Below are positions 33,096 to 43,160 of a stretch of 64,000 nucleotides of DNA, one piece after another. The position numbers and the translations under genes are program-made. The stretch's first letter is position 1; each line of letters starts with the position of its first letter. Source of the stretch: an uncultured Acidimicrobiales bacterium (GTDB lineage Bacteria; Actinomycetota; Acidimicrobiia; Acidimicrobiales; VFJN01); contig CAWDIO010000008.1 in NCBI GenBank assembly GCA_963802385.1, forward strand, positions 242,755 to 306,754, read 5' to 3'. Under the pieces are notes generated by a model. It had not been told where the DNA came from, ran no database searches, and saw only the letters and a program-made list of their open reading frames with translations.

Positions 33096-34026
33096 TCAGG
33101 CGCCAGGAGCGGGAAACACGGTGCCGAGGTGGGGAGCCACCTCGGCACCGAAGCGCTCGATCTGGTCGACCAGCTCCGCCCGGTCCCGGGAACGGAACCG
33201 GACCTGGAGCTGGTTGGCGCCGTTCTCCGTCCAGGTCCGCATCGCGGCGGCGATGGCCTCGGGCTCGCCGGTGAACGTGCGGCCCACGTCCCAGTTGGGG
33301 GTGCCCACGTAGCAGCCGACGTTGGCGCCGACGTCGAACGCCTCGGGGCGGCCCGCGCTCGGCCCGCAGGTCGCGCAGGCGGGCCACGATCCCGGGCAGG
33401 TCCCGGGGACGCACGCCCTGGGGCAGCCAGCCGTCGCCGTGCTGGGCGGCCCGCCGCACCGCGACGGGCGACGATCCCCCCACCCAGACCGGGACCGACG
33501 CCTGCACCGGGCGGGGCGCGAGGACCGCGCCCGGGACATCCCCGTCGAGCGCAGCCCGCAGGGCGGGCAGGGCCGTCTCCATGTACTCGCCGCGGCGGGC
33601 GAAGTCCACGCCCAGCAGGGCGAACTCGGCCTCGACGTGGCCGGCGCCCACGCCCACGATGGCCCGCCCGCCCGAGAGCCGGTCGAGGGTGGCGAACGCC
33701 TTGGCCACCTCGAGCGGGTGGTGGTACGGCAGGGCCAGCACGTGGCTGAGCAGGCGGACCGACGTGGTCACCCCGGCCAGGAACCCCAGCGTGGCCACCG
33801 GGTGGTACCAGGTCGCCCCCATGGTCTCGTCCAGCGGCCGGGGGATGGCCACGTGCTCGCACACGCCCACGTACAGCGCGCCCGCCCGGTCCGCCGCCCG
33901 GGCCACGGCCACCAGGTCGTCGACGCCGGCCGTGGCCTCCCACGGCTCGACGAAGATGCGGCTCTGGGCCTGGATCGGGAGCTGGAGCCCCCAGGCCACC
34001 GTCCCGGCGGGGATGACCGCGCTCAC
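33096..34026 (-). CDS. LLM-class (luciferase-like) F420-dependent oxidoreductase, apparent frameshift near 33350-33400
   Basis: N-part in ORF 33025..34287 from VSAVIPAGTVAWGLQLPIQAQ (GTG 34026), C-part in ORF 33096..33539 (...GANVGCYVGTPNWDVGRTFTGEPEAIAAAMRTWTENGANQLQVRF...); GTG overlaps upstream cyclase stop (GTGA). Confidence 0.75.
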
Positions 34027-34949
34027 TTGACCGCCGTGGGGGCGACGGGCCCGCCCAGCGCCCGGGTCAGGGGCAGCGGGGTGGCGCACAGCAGGAAGTC
34101 GTGCTGGCCGTCGGCCGCGCAGTCGGCGGCCAGGTCGTCCAGCGCCCACAGCTGGCCCTGGGCGAGGCCCATGTCCACCAGGTGGAGCAGGTGGACGGGC
34201 AGCAGCACCGCCGGATCCTCGGGGGGCCACACCTCCAGCGCCAGCGTGTCGGTGGCCACCGCCGCGATGTCGTGGTCGTGCAGCCACTCGACCGAGCGGG
34301 TGGACAGGCCCGGCGCGGCCCGGCCGAAGCGCTCGCGGTCGCCCGCCCGCAGGTGGTGCATCTGGCCGGTCCGCACCAGCAGGACGTCGCCCGGCTCGGC
34401 CGTGACCCCCGCCCGGCCGAGCGCGGCGTCGAGGTCGTCGCCGCCGATGGCGTAGCCGCCGTCGAGGTGGTCGACGCCGTGCAGGCGGGCCACGTCGGCC
34501 AGCAGGCCCCGGGTCACCACCGGGCCGTAGTGCTCGATGCCGAGGCGGCCGGCGCCGGCGCCGTCCACCACCGTGGCGTCGACGCCGTTGTAGAGGCGGC
34601 CCTCGTAGCTGGCGTGGGCGAGGGCGTCCCAGTGGGTGGCGGCCTGGACGCCCATGCTCAGGGCGTCGTCGCTGGTGCAGAAGTCGGCGGAGTCGCCGGT
34701 CAGGGCGGCGTTGACGCTCAGCATGCGGCGCCGCGGGTTGTCCCGGCCGGGGATCTGGCCGGTCTGGGGCCCGTCCTCGTCGAAGGGGATGGCCAGCGAG
34801 AACACCCGGCCCTGCCGGGCGGCGCCGATCCCCCGCAGGACGGCGGCCGCGTCGATCAGGTTGAGGGTGCCCCGCTGGTCGTCCGGGCCCCAGCGCCCGG
34901 CGTTCGACACCCGGGCGGCCAGGTCCCGCAGGTGATCGGGCAGTGCCAT
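34023..34949 (-). CDS. putative cyclase-family (kynurenine formamidase-like) protein
   Basis: C-terminal 308 aa of ORF 34023..36020 from MALPDHLRD; HWDALAHASYEGRLYNG, LVRTGQMHH, His/Asp metal-ligand pattern of cyclase family. Confidence 0.75.
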   Translation of the reverse strand: MALPDHLRDLAARVSNAGRWGPDDQRGTLNLIDAAAVLRGIGAARQGRVFSLAIPFDEDGPQTGQIPGRDNPRRRMLSVNAALTGDSADFCTSDDALSMGVQAATHWDALAHASYEGRLYNGVDATVVDGAGAGRLGIEHYGPVVTRGLLADVARLHGVDHLDGGYAIGGDDLDAALGRAGVTAEPGDVLLVRTGQMHHLRAGDRERFGRAAPGLSTRSVEWLHDHDIAAVATDTLALEVWPPEDPAVLLPVHLLHLVDMGLAQGQLWALDDLAADCAADGQHDFLLCATPLPLTRALGGPVAPTAVK

Positions 34950-34977
34950 AGAACCTGTTCTAGTTCTCTCCGCGGAG
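34949..34977. promoter_or_regulatory. two adjacent palindromes (TAGAAC-CT-GTTCTA and CTCCGCGGAG) between methyltransferase stop and cyclase start
   Basis: 34949-34962 perfect 6-bp arms overlapping the cyclase start codon; 34968-34977 perfect 10-bp palindrome; whole intergenic is 34 bp. Confidence 0.45.
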
Positions 34978-34983
34978 GGGGAC

Positions 34984-35752
34984 CTAGCGGAGCGCGGCCA
35001 CGACCCCGGCCTGACCCGAGCGCCAGACGACGCCGGCCTCGGTGAAGCCGGCATCGGCCAGGGCGGCCAGGTGCCACTCGGCGGGGGGCGAGAACTCCTC
35101 CGCCGGGTAGCCGGCGGCGAACACCGCCCGGCGCTCGACCGCGGCGGCCGCCAGGTGGGGGTCGCCCGCCACACGCCGCCACCAGGCGTCCCAGCGCCGC
35201 CGGCCCGCGGCCGGGTCCCGGGCGGCGCCCGGCCTCGACCGCGGCCAGGGCGGGCCCCAGGCGGGGCATCCCGCCCAGCGGCATCTGCTCGGCGTGGGCG
35301 AACACGCCGCCGGGGCGGATCAGCGTGGCGAGGTCCCCGTACAGCCGGGTGACCGTGCCCGCCGCCAGCCAGTGCAGGGCCGTGGCCGTCACCACCGCGT
35401 CGACCCGCCGCTCGGGCAACGCGTCCACCCACGTCGGGTCGCGCAGGTCGGCACGCACGAGCCGCACCCGCCCGTCCCCGGCGAACGTGGCCGAGGCCAG
35501 CGTGAGCAGCACGGGGTCGACGTCCACCCCCAGGCAACGCGCCCGCGGCAGGCGGTCCAGCAGCCGGCGGCTGACCGACCCGGGACCGCAGCCCAGGTCC
35601 ACGACGGTCGGGGCCGGTCCGGCGACCGCCTCCACCACGTCGAGCAGCGCCGCGATGCGGGCCGCCCGCTCGCCGACGAGGGCGTCCTCCAGGCGATCCC
35701 AGGACCGCTGCCAGGAGTCGGCCCAGCCCGGCGGAGGCGACGACGGCCCCAC
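34984..35752 (-). CDS. class I SAM-dependent methyltransferase, apparent frameshift near 35200
   Basis: ORF 34856..35752 N-part (VVDLGCGPGSVSRRLLDRL...VDAVVTATALHWL...LIRPGGVFAHAEQ) plus ORF 34984..35172 C-part. Confidence 0.75.
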
Positions 35753-35953
35753 GGATCGAGACTAGGCCCGCACGGCAAGCCGGCGGCTGCGCCCCGGGCC
35801 GGTAGAGGTCCCGCAGGAGTCGGCCTCGTCGGAGTGGGAGGCGAAGCGAGGTCGTACGCCCGGCGTCATCTCGCCCGGCTGGCCCCGGCCGAACCGCGCG
35901 CGCCACCACCAGTCGACCTGGGTCAGGACCGCTCGCCGCACGCTGCCGGCCAT

Positions 35954-36753
35954 TCAGCCCACGCTCCTCACGAACCGGCGTACCTCGGTCGCACATGCCT
36001 CGGGGTCCTCCACCACACACGCGTGGCCGAGCTTCGTGAGCACCGCCAGCTGTGATGTCGAGATCGCCGCGTGGAGCGCTTGGGCGTTCGCGAGGGGCGA
36101 CCGTGCGTCGGCCTCGCCGTGCAGGACGAGGGTCGGTACGTCGACCGTGGGCAGCACGGGGCGGAGGTCGGACTCCGCTCCGATGTGGCCCGCCGCTCGA
36201 ACGGTCGCTGGGCGGATGTTCTCCCGCATCATCGTGGCCAGTGCTCCGGCGCGGTCGGCGGGTATGAGGTCTGTGAACAGGCCCGGGTAGGACTGCGGGT
36301 CGAACGCATCGCCCAGCTCGGCCATCCCTAGGAACATCTCGAGCCGTCGTGCCACCTCCTCAGGTGCCAGAGACCCTGCCCAGCCTGCGTACCCACCGAC
36401 GAGCACGAGGCTGGCCGGTACCGCGGGGTGGCGCTGGAACAGGGAGAGGGCGAGCATCGTCCCGAACGAGTGGCCCACGAGATGCGGCCGCTGGAGGCCG
36501 AGGGCGGTGATGAAGGCGACGAGGGCATCGGCGAACTGCGCGGCGCGCCAGGTGTCATCGATGTCCGACGACCGCCCGAAGCCCGGCGCGTCCCAGGCGA
36601 TGACGGTGTGGTCGCGTGAGAGGTCGGGGAGCATCCACTGCCACGTGCGGCTGTCGGCCGGGGCGCCGTGGAGCATCACGAGTGGCGGACCCGAGCCCGT
36701 GCGGGTGTAGGCGATCTGGATCCCGCCGATGTCGACGTGCTCCATGCGTGCAT
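35954..36753 (-). CDS. alpha/beta-fold hydrolase
   Basis: C-terminal 266 aa of ORF 35954..36961 from MEHVDIGGIQIAYTRTGSGPPLVMLHGAP; nucleophile elbow GHSFG, His near C-term. Confidence 0.85.
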
Positions 36754-36770
36754 CCTGACAGGCTGGCGAA

Positions 36771-37241
36771 GTGGACCGGGTGGTCGTCTTCGGGAGGGGC
36801 GGTGCCGGCAAGTCCGTCCTGGCCCGGGAGCTGGGGATCGCCACCGGGCTCCCGGTCATCGAGCTCGACAAGGAGTTCTGGAGCGACGAGCTGGAGCCGC
36901 TCCCGGCCGAAGACTGGGCCCGGCGCCAGGCGATCCTCGCCGTGCGGCCTCGCTGGATCATGGACGGCGACCTCGGGCCCTACGACCAGGTCGAGCCCCG
37001 CCTGCGGCGAGCCGACACCGTCGTCGTGCTCGACATGCCGCTGTGGCGCTGCGCGTGGCGCGCCTGGCGACGCGGCCCAGAACGGCGTGACTTCTGGGAC
37101 TGGACGGTGCGATGGCGGCGCCACAGCCGCCGCCGCCTGCTGCGCGCCGCCTCTGATCTCGCACCACGGGCCGAGGTCGTCATCCTGCGCCGCCCGCGCT
37201 CGGTCCGCCGCTGGCTGGTCGCCGTGGGTACCCGGCGGTAG
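36771..37241 (+). CDS. P-loop NTPase (adenylate-kinase/Tmp-like AAA domain protein)
   Basis: ORF 36771..37241 GTG start; VVVFGRGGAGKSVLAREL Walker A. Confidence 0.7.
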   Translation: MDRVVVFGRGGAGKSVLARELGIATGLPVIELDKEFWSDELEPLPAEDWARRQAILAVRPRWIMDGDLGPYDQVEPRLRRADTVVVLDMPLWRCAWRAWRRGPERRDFWDWTVRWRRHSRRRLLRAASDLAPRAEVVILRRPRSVRRWLVAVGTRR

Positions 37242-37310
37242 AGCAGTGCTTGCCAGATTACGTCACCAGATGGTTACATGTCACCATACGGTTACACATC
37301 TAGGGGGCAG

Positions 37311-37764
37311 CATGGCGACAGAGATCGGCCCGCTGGCGGTGAGGCGCAGCATCTGGATCGACGCCCCGCCCGGTCGGGTCTGGGAAGAGTTCGAGGATCT
37401 CGAACGGATGCGCGCCTGGTTCGGAACTGGGCACACGCTGGTGCGCTACGAGCCGAGGGTCGGCGCGGTCGTCGAAACCGATGCGGGCGACCTCGACGGG
37501 GAGGCGCTGCGTTTCATCGGCCACGTGGTGGTCTTCGATCCGCCCCGCGAACTGACATTCGAGCAGGACTGGGTCGGTCACGGCTGGAAGGCCCCACCGC
37601 TCCTGACCATCCGCCTCACTGCACTCGAGGCCGGCACGCTGGTGGAGCTGTTCCACCACGGCTTCGAGGCGCTCGGACCCGACGCCGCTGAGAACCACCG
37701 TGGCTTCGAAGGCGGTTGGACGATGCGACAACTGGACGCCCTCCGAGAGCTCGTTCGTGGCTGA
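37311..37764 (+). CDS. SRPBCC-family (AHSA1/Aha1-like) protein
   Basis: MATEIGPLAVRRSIWIDAPPGRVWEEFEDLERMRAWF... in frame of ORF 36616..37764; typical partner of ArsR regulators. Confidence 0.75.
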
Positions 37765-38080
37765 CCGTGTCTTCGCTGCGCTCGCCGACGCCACGCGGCG
37801 AGCGATCCTCGACCTCCTCCGCGAGCGGCAGACTTTGACTGCGGGCGAAATCGCCCCACGTTCCCGACGATCAGTCGGCCCTCCGTCTCCAAGCACCTGC
37901 GCGTCCTACGCGAAGCCGGTCGTCCAGGCCCAGGAGCGCGGCCGCCAGAACCTCTACACCCTTGATGCTCGACCACTCGCCGAAATCCAGCGTGGCTGGC
38001 TCAACAACTTCGCACCTCACTGGCAGCAGAGCCTCAACCGGCTCAAGGGCCGAGCCGAAAGGCCGCAGCAAACCCGCTGA
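37757..38080 (+). CDS. ArsR/SmtB-family transcriptional regulator, two compensating apparent frameshifts
   Basis: GTG 37757 overlaps SRPBCC stop; ADATRRAILDLLRERQTLTAGEIAP then, in another frame, FPTISRPSVSKHLRVLREAG (the ArsR recognition helix), then back to VQAQERGRQNLYTLD. Confidence 0.75.
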   Translation: MADRVFAALADATRRAILDLLRERQTLTAGEIAPRSRRSVGPPSPSTCASYAKPVVQAQERGRQNLYTLDARPLAEIQRGWLNNFAPHWQQSLNRLKGRAERPQQTR

Positions 38081-38279
38081 CGCCCCCCGGGCCCTACGCG
38101 TTGTCGATGTTCCATTGCCGGAGACGCTCATGAGGACGAATGCCCATGTGATCCGCCAGGATGATGAGCGGGTGCGGACCATCGTGGACGCCACCCTCGG
38201 CGGCGACGCCGAGGACTGGTCGAGGACTGAGACAGGGTGACCGGCATGACGAGCAGCGAGGGCAGCGACGTAACCGCAG

Positions 38280-40917
38280 GTGGGGAGGGCGCGGCGGCGG
38301 GTGCACGTGGTGCCCCACACCCACTGGGACCGGGAGTGGTACTCGTCGTTCCAGACCTTCCGGCTGCGGCTGGTCGACCTGCTGGACGACCTGCTGGGGC
38401 GGATGGAGGGCGATCCGGCCTACGCCCGCTTCCTGCTGGACGGGCAGCTGGCCGTGGTCGAGGACTACCTGGCGGTGCGGCCCGAGGCGGACGAGCGGCT
38501 GCGCCGGCTCGTGGGCAGCGGTCGGGTGGCGATCGGGCCGTGGTACACGCTGCCCGACGAGTTCCTGGTCGGCGGCGAGACGCTGGTCCGCAACCTCCAG
38601 CTCGGGCTGCGGGTGGCCGGGCGCTACGGCGGGGCCATGGGCGTCGGCTACCTGCCCGACATGTTCGGGCACGTGGCCCAGATGCCCCAGATCCTCGCCG
38701 GGTTCGGGTTCGAGCATGCCGTCGTGTGGCGGGGGGTCCCGGCGGCCATCACGAGCAGCGGCTTCTGGTGGCGGGCGCCCGACGGCAGCACGGTGCGGGC
38801 CGAGTACCTGCCCCAGGGCTACGGCAACGGCTCGGCCCTGCCCGACGACGCCAAGGCGTTCGTCGCCGCGGTGGCGGGCTTCGCCGAGGAGTGGCGCGAC
38901 CTCATCGCCGGGCCGGTCCTGTGGATGAACGGCACCGACCACCAGATGCCCCAGCCGTGGCTGGGCCGGGTGGTGGCCGAGGCCAACGACATCCAGGACG
39001 ACTACGACCTGCGGGTGGTGTCGCTGCCCGAGCACCTGGCGGCGGCGCCCACCGACGGCCTGCCCACCTGGGCCGGCGAGCTGCGCTCCGGGGCCCGCGC
39101 CAACCTGCTCATGGGCGTCGTGTCCAACCGGGTGGACGTGCGGCGGGCGTCGGCCCGGGCCGAGCGGGCCCTGCTGGCCGGGGCCGAGCCGCTCGCCGCG
39201 CTGTTCCTGCCCGCCGGGCGCTGGCCCGGCGCCCTGCTGGACGAGGCGTGGCGGGCGGTCATCCGCAACTCGGCCCACGACTCGGTGTGCGCCTGCTCGA
39301 TCGACGACGTGTGCGACGCGGTGCTGGTCCGCTACGGCGAGGCCGCCGACATCGCCGAGGGGCTCGCCACGCGGGCCGTGGCCGCGCTGGCGGCCCGGGT
39401 CGACCATGCCGGCCCCCTGGTGGTCAACCCCACCGTCCGGCCCCGGAGCGGCGTGGTGCAGGTGGTGGTGCCCGGCAGCGAGGCGCCCGCGGGCACCCAG
39501 CTGGTGCGGGCCCAGCCCGGCCGGGCGGTGCTGCACGCCGGCCCGCCCGCCATCGTGGTGCCCGCCGCCCAGGAGGTCGACTGGGTGCCCACCATCTCGG
39601 CCTTCGCGGTCGAGGACGAGGACGGCGCGGTGCTGGTCGCCAACGAGCGGCGGGGCACCGCGGGGCTGGTGACGGCCGAGGTCCGCGCCGCCCTCGACGC
39701 CCTGCGCACCGGGCACGAGGGCGACCTGCGCCTGGTGGTGCGCCAGCCCGAGCACGTGACCGTCCTGGCCCATGTGGCCGAGGTGCCGGGCTTCGGCTGG
39801 CGGGGCTGGGCGCCCGGCGACGGCAGCGGCGTGGCCCCGGTCACCGTGAGCGGCGACGAGCTGCCGGTGCTGGCCAACGGCCTGGTCACGGTGGGCGTCG
39901 CCCCCGACGGCACGTTCTCGGTCGACGGCCACGCCGGCCTCGGCCGGCTGGTGGACGGGGGCGACTGCGGCGACACCTACAACTGGTGCCCGCCGACCGA
40001 CGACACCGTGGTCGACCGGGCCGAGTCGGTGCAGGTCAGGGTCGTCGAGCGGGGGCCGTTGCGGGCCCGGGTGGCGATCACCGCCCGCTACCGCTGGCCC
40101 GCCCGGGGCGAGGGCCTGGCCCGCCGGTCCGACGCTGCGGCGGAACACGCCGTGCGCACCACGCTGGAGCTGCGGGCGGGCGAGCGGGCGGTGCGGGTCG
40201 ACGTCAGGCTGGACAACGCGGCCCGCGACCACCGGCTGCGGGCCCACTTCCCACTGCCTGCCGCGGCGGCGACGTCCCGGGCCGAGTGCGCCTACGGGAC
40301 CGTCGAGCGCGGCGTGGTCGCCGAGGGCGGCCCCACCGAGGCCGCCGCTGCCCACCTACCCGGCCCAGCGGTTCGTGCAGGCCGGCGGCCTGACCGTGGT
40401 GCACGACGGCGTGACCGAGTACGAGCTGGTGGACGTGGACGGCGGTGAGGCCCGCACCCTGGCGCTCACGCTGCTGCGCTCGTCGGGGATGCTGTCCCAG
40501 GGGCCCATGGCCACCCGCCCCCTCCCCGCCGGGCCCCTGATCCGGCTGGAGGGATCCCAGCTCCAGGGGCCGGTCACCCGCACCTACGCGGTGGCGGTGG
40601 GCGACGTCGACCCCTACGCCCTGGCCGACGACGTGCTGGTCCCCCTGCGGGTCGCCGACGCCGGCGGGACCGGCGATGGCGCGAGCACGGGCGCCGGGCT
40701 GACCGTGACCGGCGCCGAGGTGGCCTCGGTGACCCGCGAGGGCGATGCCCTGGTGGTGCGGGTGTTCAACCCCGCCGACGCCGAGACCACCGTGGCGATC
40801 GAGGGCCGCCGAGGCTGGCTGGTCGACCTCCGCGGCCGGCCGCTGGAGCCCTTCGACGGCGAGTTCGGCCTGCGCGCCCGCGGCATCGCCACCGCCATGC
40901 TCAGCGACGGCGGCTGA
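38280..40917 (+). CDS. glycoside hydrolase family 38 alpha-mannosidase (MngB/mannosylglycerate-hydrolase-like), apparent frameshift near 40350
   Basis: ORF 38280..40448 (VHVVPHTHWDREWY, GPWYTLPDEFLVGGE, GYLPDMFGH catalytic region) continues in ORF 40375..40917. Confidence 0.85.
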
Positions 40918-41913
40918 TCACCCCAGCGCCGGATACCCCGGCACTTCCACGGACGCGTCGAGGCCGTGGTCGTCCCGCCAGGCGGCAACCGCCGCCACCA
41001 GGTGCGGGAACGCCCTGGCGCCCGGCGCGTCCAGCAGCGAAGCGGTCCAGGCTGCCAGCCGGGGCCGGGCCGTCGTCGTGCCCCAGCGGTCCGCCTCGTC
41101 GACGGCGCGGCCCCGCCGGCCACCGACCCGCACCACCGCGAACAGGGCCAACGCGGCCGCGACCGCCTCGGCCCAGGTATCGCCCAGGCTCACCCCTGCG
41201 CCGGCCAGCGTGGCCTCGTAGGCCGCGGTGGCGTCCGCCACCAGGCCCGGCGGGAGGAGGCCGAAGCACCAGCAGCTGGGGAACGGGGCCAGAAGGTAGG
41301 CGAAGTCGAGCGCCACGGACGCCACGCTCGCCCGCTCGAAGTCGATCAGCCGGCACCCAGCAGGAGTGAGCAGGACGTTGTCGGGGCACGGGTCGCCGTG
41401 CACCAGCCCGACGTGGCTGGTGGCGAGCAGGGTCCGCACCCGGTCGAGGTCGGCAGCCACCGCCTCGGGAGCGACGCCCCGCTCGTGGGCCTCGGCCGTG
41501 AACGCGGGCGCGGCGGCAGCGAGGCGCTCGAGCCACCACGGGTCCCGGCCGGGACGGAGCCCGCGCCGGGCGCGCGCCGCGGCGAACCCCGCCGCCGTGC
41601 CCTGGGTCCGGGCATGGAGCCGCGCCAGGGCCTGGGTCCAGGCCAGCACGTCCTCCCGGGCCTGCGCCGGGTCGCCGCCCAGCAGTGACTCGTCCAGCGA
41701 GCTAACGGCGGCCAGCGCCTCCATCACCACGAGCCCCTGCTCGTCGTCGCCTCCCAGCAGCCCGGGCGCGGTGCCCGGCGCCGCCGCGGCCAGGTGCTCC
41801 AGCGACGCCCACTCCACCGCCAGCCCCTCCGGATCGATCGGCCACAAGGACTGCTCCGCGGGCCGCGGCAGCTTGACCACCGCGTGGCGCCCGTCCCTGG
41901 TCTCGACCCGCAC
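40918..41913 (-). CDS. phosphotransferase-family (APH/CAK-fold) kinase
   Basis: ORF 40918..41913; Brenner motif VHGDPCPDNVLL, LIDFERASVA; N-terminus may extend upstream; APH-fold kinases in actinobacteria include sugar kinases (e.g. maltokinase). Confidence 0.7.
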   Translation of the reverse strand: MRVETRDGRHAVVKLPRPAEQSLWPIDPEGLAVEWASLEHLAAAAPGTAPGLLGGDDEQGLVVMEALAAVSSLDESLLGGDPAQAREDVLAWTQALARLHARTQGTAAGFAAARARRGLRPGRDPWWLERLAAAAPAFTAEAHERGVAPEAVAADLDRVRTLLATSHVGLVHGDPCPDNVLLTPAGCRLIDFERASVASVALDFAYLLAPFPSCWCFGLLPPGLVADATAAYEATLAGAGVSLGDTWAEAVAAALALFAVVRVGGRRGRAVDEADRWGTTTARPRLAAWTASLLDAPGARAFPHLVAAVAAWRDDHGLDASVEVPGYPALG

Positions 41914-42026
41914 GACGTGGTCCCGCTCCGGCCAGCGCGGTGGCCGACGCGAGCGTCACCCGCCCGCCCCAGGCCGCGGCGAGGACGTCCTCGACCGCCG
42001 CACGCGCGGCGCCGGAGAGAGCGGCG

Positions 42027-43160
42027 TCACCCGTGCTGCCGCGCCGGGCCGCGCTCGTCGCCGGTGACCGCGGGGCGCAGCACCCACAGGGGCACGCGGC
42101 CGAAGTCCTTGAGGTAGCGGGGGCGCATGGATCGCAGCCGGTAGCGCTGGTCGCCGGCCAGCTCGTCCCGCAGGGCCTGGTTGACCACGATGGTCCCGGG
42201 GAAGGCGACGCCGGTGATGCGGCTGGCCAGGTTGACCGTCGGGCCGTACAGGTCGCTCTCCCGCTCCAGCAGCGGGCCGTAGGCCAGCCCCACCCGCAGG
42301 TCGGACAGGTCGTCGATGTTCCGGGCGCCGGCCGCCAGGGCCAGCGCGATCTCGGCCGCGGCCCGGGGCGCGTCCACCGTGAACATGACCTCGTCGCCGA
42401 TCATCTTGACCACCCGGCCGGCCCGGGCCGTGACCGTGTCGTAGGCCAGTTGCTCGAACTGGTCGAGGATCGAAGCCAGCGTCTCGTCCCCCACCTGCTG
42501 GGACAGCGCGGTCCAGCCCACCAGGTCGGCGAAGCCCACGACCCCGAGCTGGCCCCGTCCCGACTCGGCGATGGTCAGCCGGCGACGCACGGCGCTGAGC
42601 AGGTGGCGGCGCCACGCCGCCTCCAGCACCCGGGGCACGACGGGCAGCAGCGCGGCCGCGCTGGCCACGATCTGCTCGTCGGTCACCGGGCGCCCGCCCA
42701 CCTCGCCCCGCTGCGGGGAACCGCTCACCCGGGCGCTGATGACGTCGACCTGCGACGAGGCCACCCGGGACATGGCCGAGCCGATCACCCGGCTCATGTG
42801 CAGCACCAGGTCGTTCGCGGCCGGGGTGGCCCCCATGAACTGCCCGATCTGGGCGAGCAGCTCGACGTCGGTCTCGGTGAAGGCCACCTCGCCGGGGCGG
42901 GGCACGGGGTAGCCCAGCATGCGCCAGAGCTTGCCGATGTCGGCCGCGCCCAGGCCGGTGCGCTCCGTGACCGCCTCCAGGTCGTAGGCGGGGGCCGTCG
43001 GGAGGATCAGCCGCTCCACGGCCAGCAGCGGCAGCGTGCCCTCGCGCTGGGCCGCGTCGAGCTCGTCCTCGCTGACGCCCTGGGCGGCCAGCAGCTCCCG
43101 GACCACCTTCACCGCGTCCTCGCCGAGCGCCGCGGGGTCGAGGCCCGGGGGCGGGCTCAC
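42027..43160 (-). CDS. class III adenylate/guanylate cyclase domain protein
   Basis: C-terminal 377 aa of ORF 42027..45335 from VSPPPGLDPAALGEDAVKVV; catalytic domain LGVVGFADLVGWTALSQQVGDE...VVKMIGDEVMF...GLAYGPLLERESDLYGPTVNLASRI; GTG overlaps upstream glycosidase stop (GTGA). Confidence 0.85.
   Translation of the reverse strand: MSPPPGLDPAALGEDAVKVVRELLAAQGVSEDELDAAQREGTLPLLAVERLILPTAPAYDLEAVTERTGLGAADIGKLWRMLGYPVPRPGEVAFTETDVELLAQIGQFMGATPAANDLVLHMSRVIGSAMSRVASSQVDVISARVSGSPQRGEVGGRPVTDEQIVASAAALLPVVPRVLEAAWRRHLLSAVRRRLTIAESGRGQLGVVGFADLVGWTALSQQVGDETLASILDQFEQLAYDTVTARAGRVVKMIGDEVMFTVDAPRAAAEIALALAAGARNIDDLSDLRVGLAYGPLLERESDLYGPTVNLASRITGVAFPGTIVVNQALRDELAGDQRYRLRSMRPRYLKDFGRVPLWVLRPAVTGDERGPARQHG

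Noticed and set aside
34949-34962. GAAC-CT-GTTC as an SOS box
   Set aside because: Spacer is 2 nt, not 4; it overlaps a start codon inside an operon.
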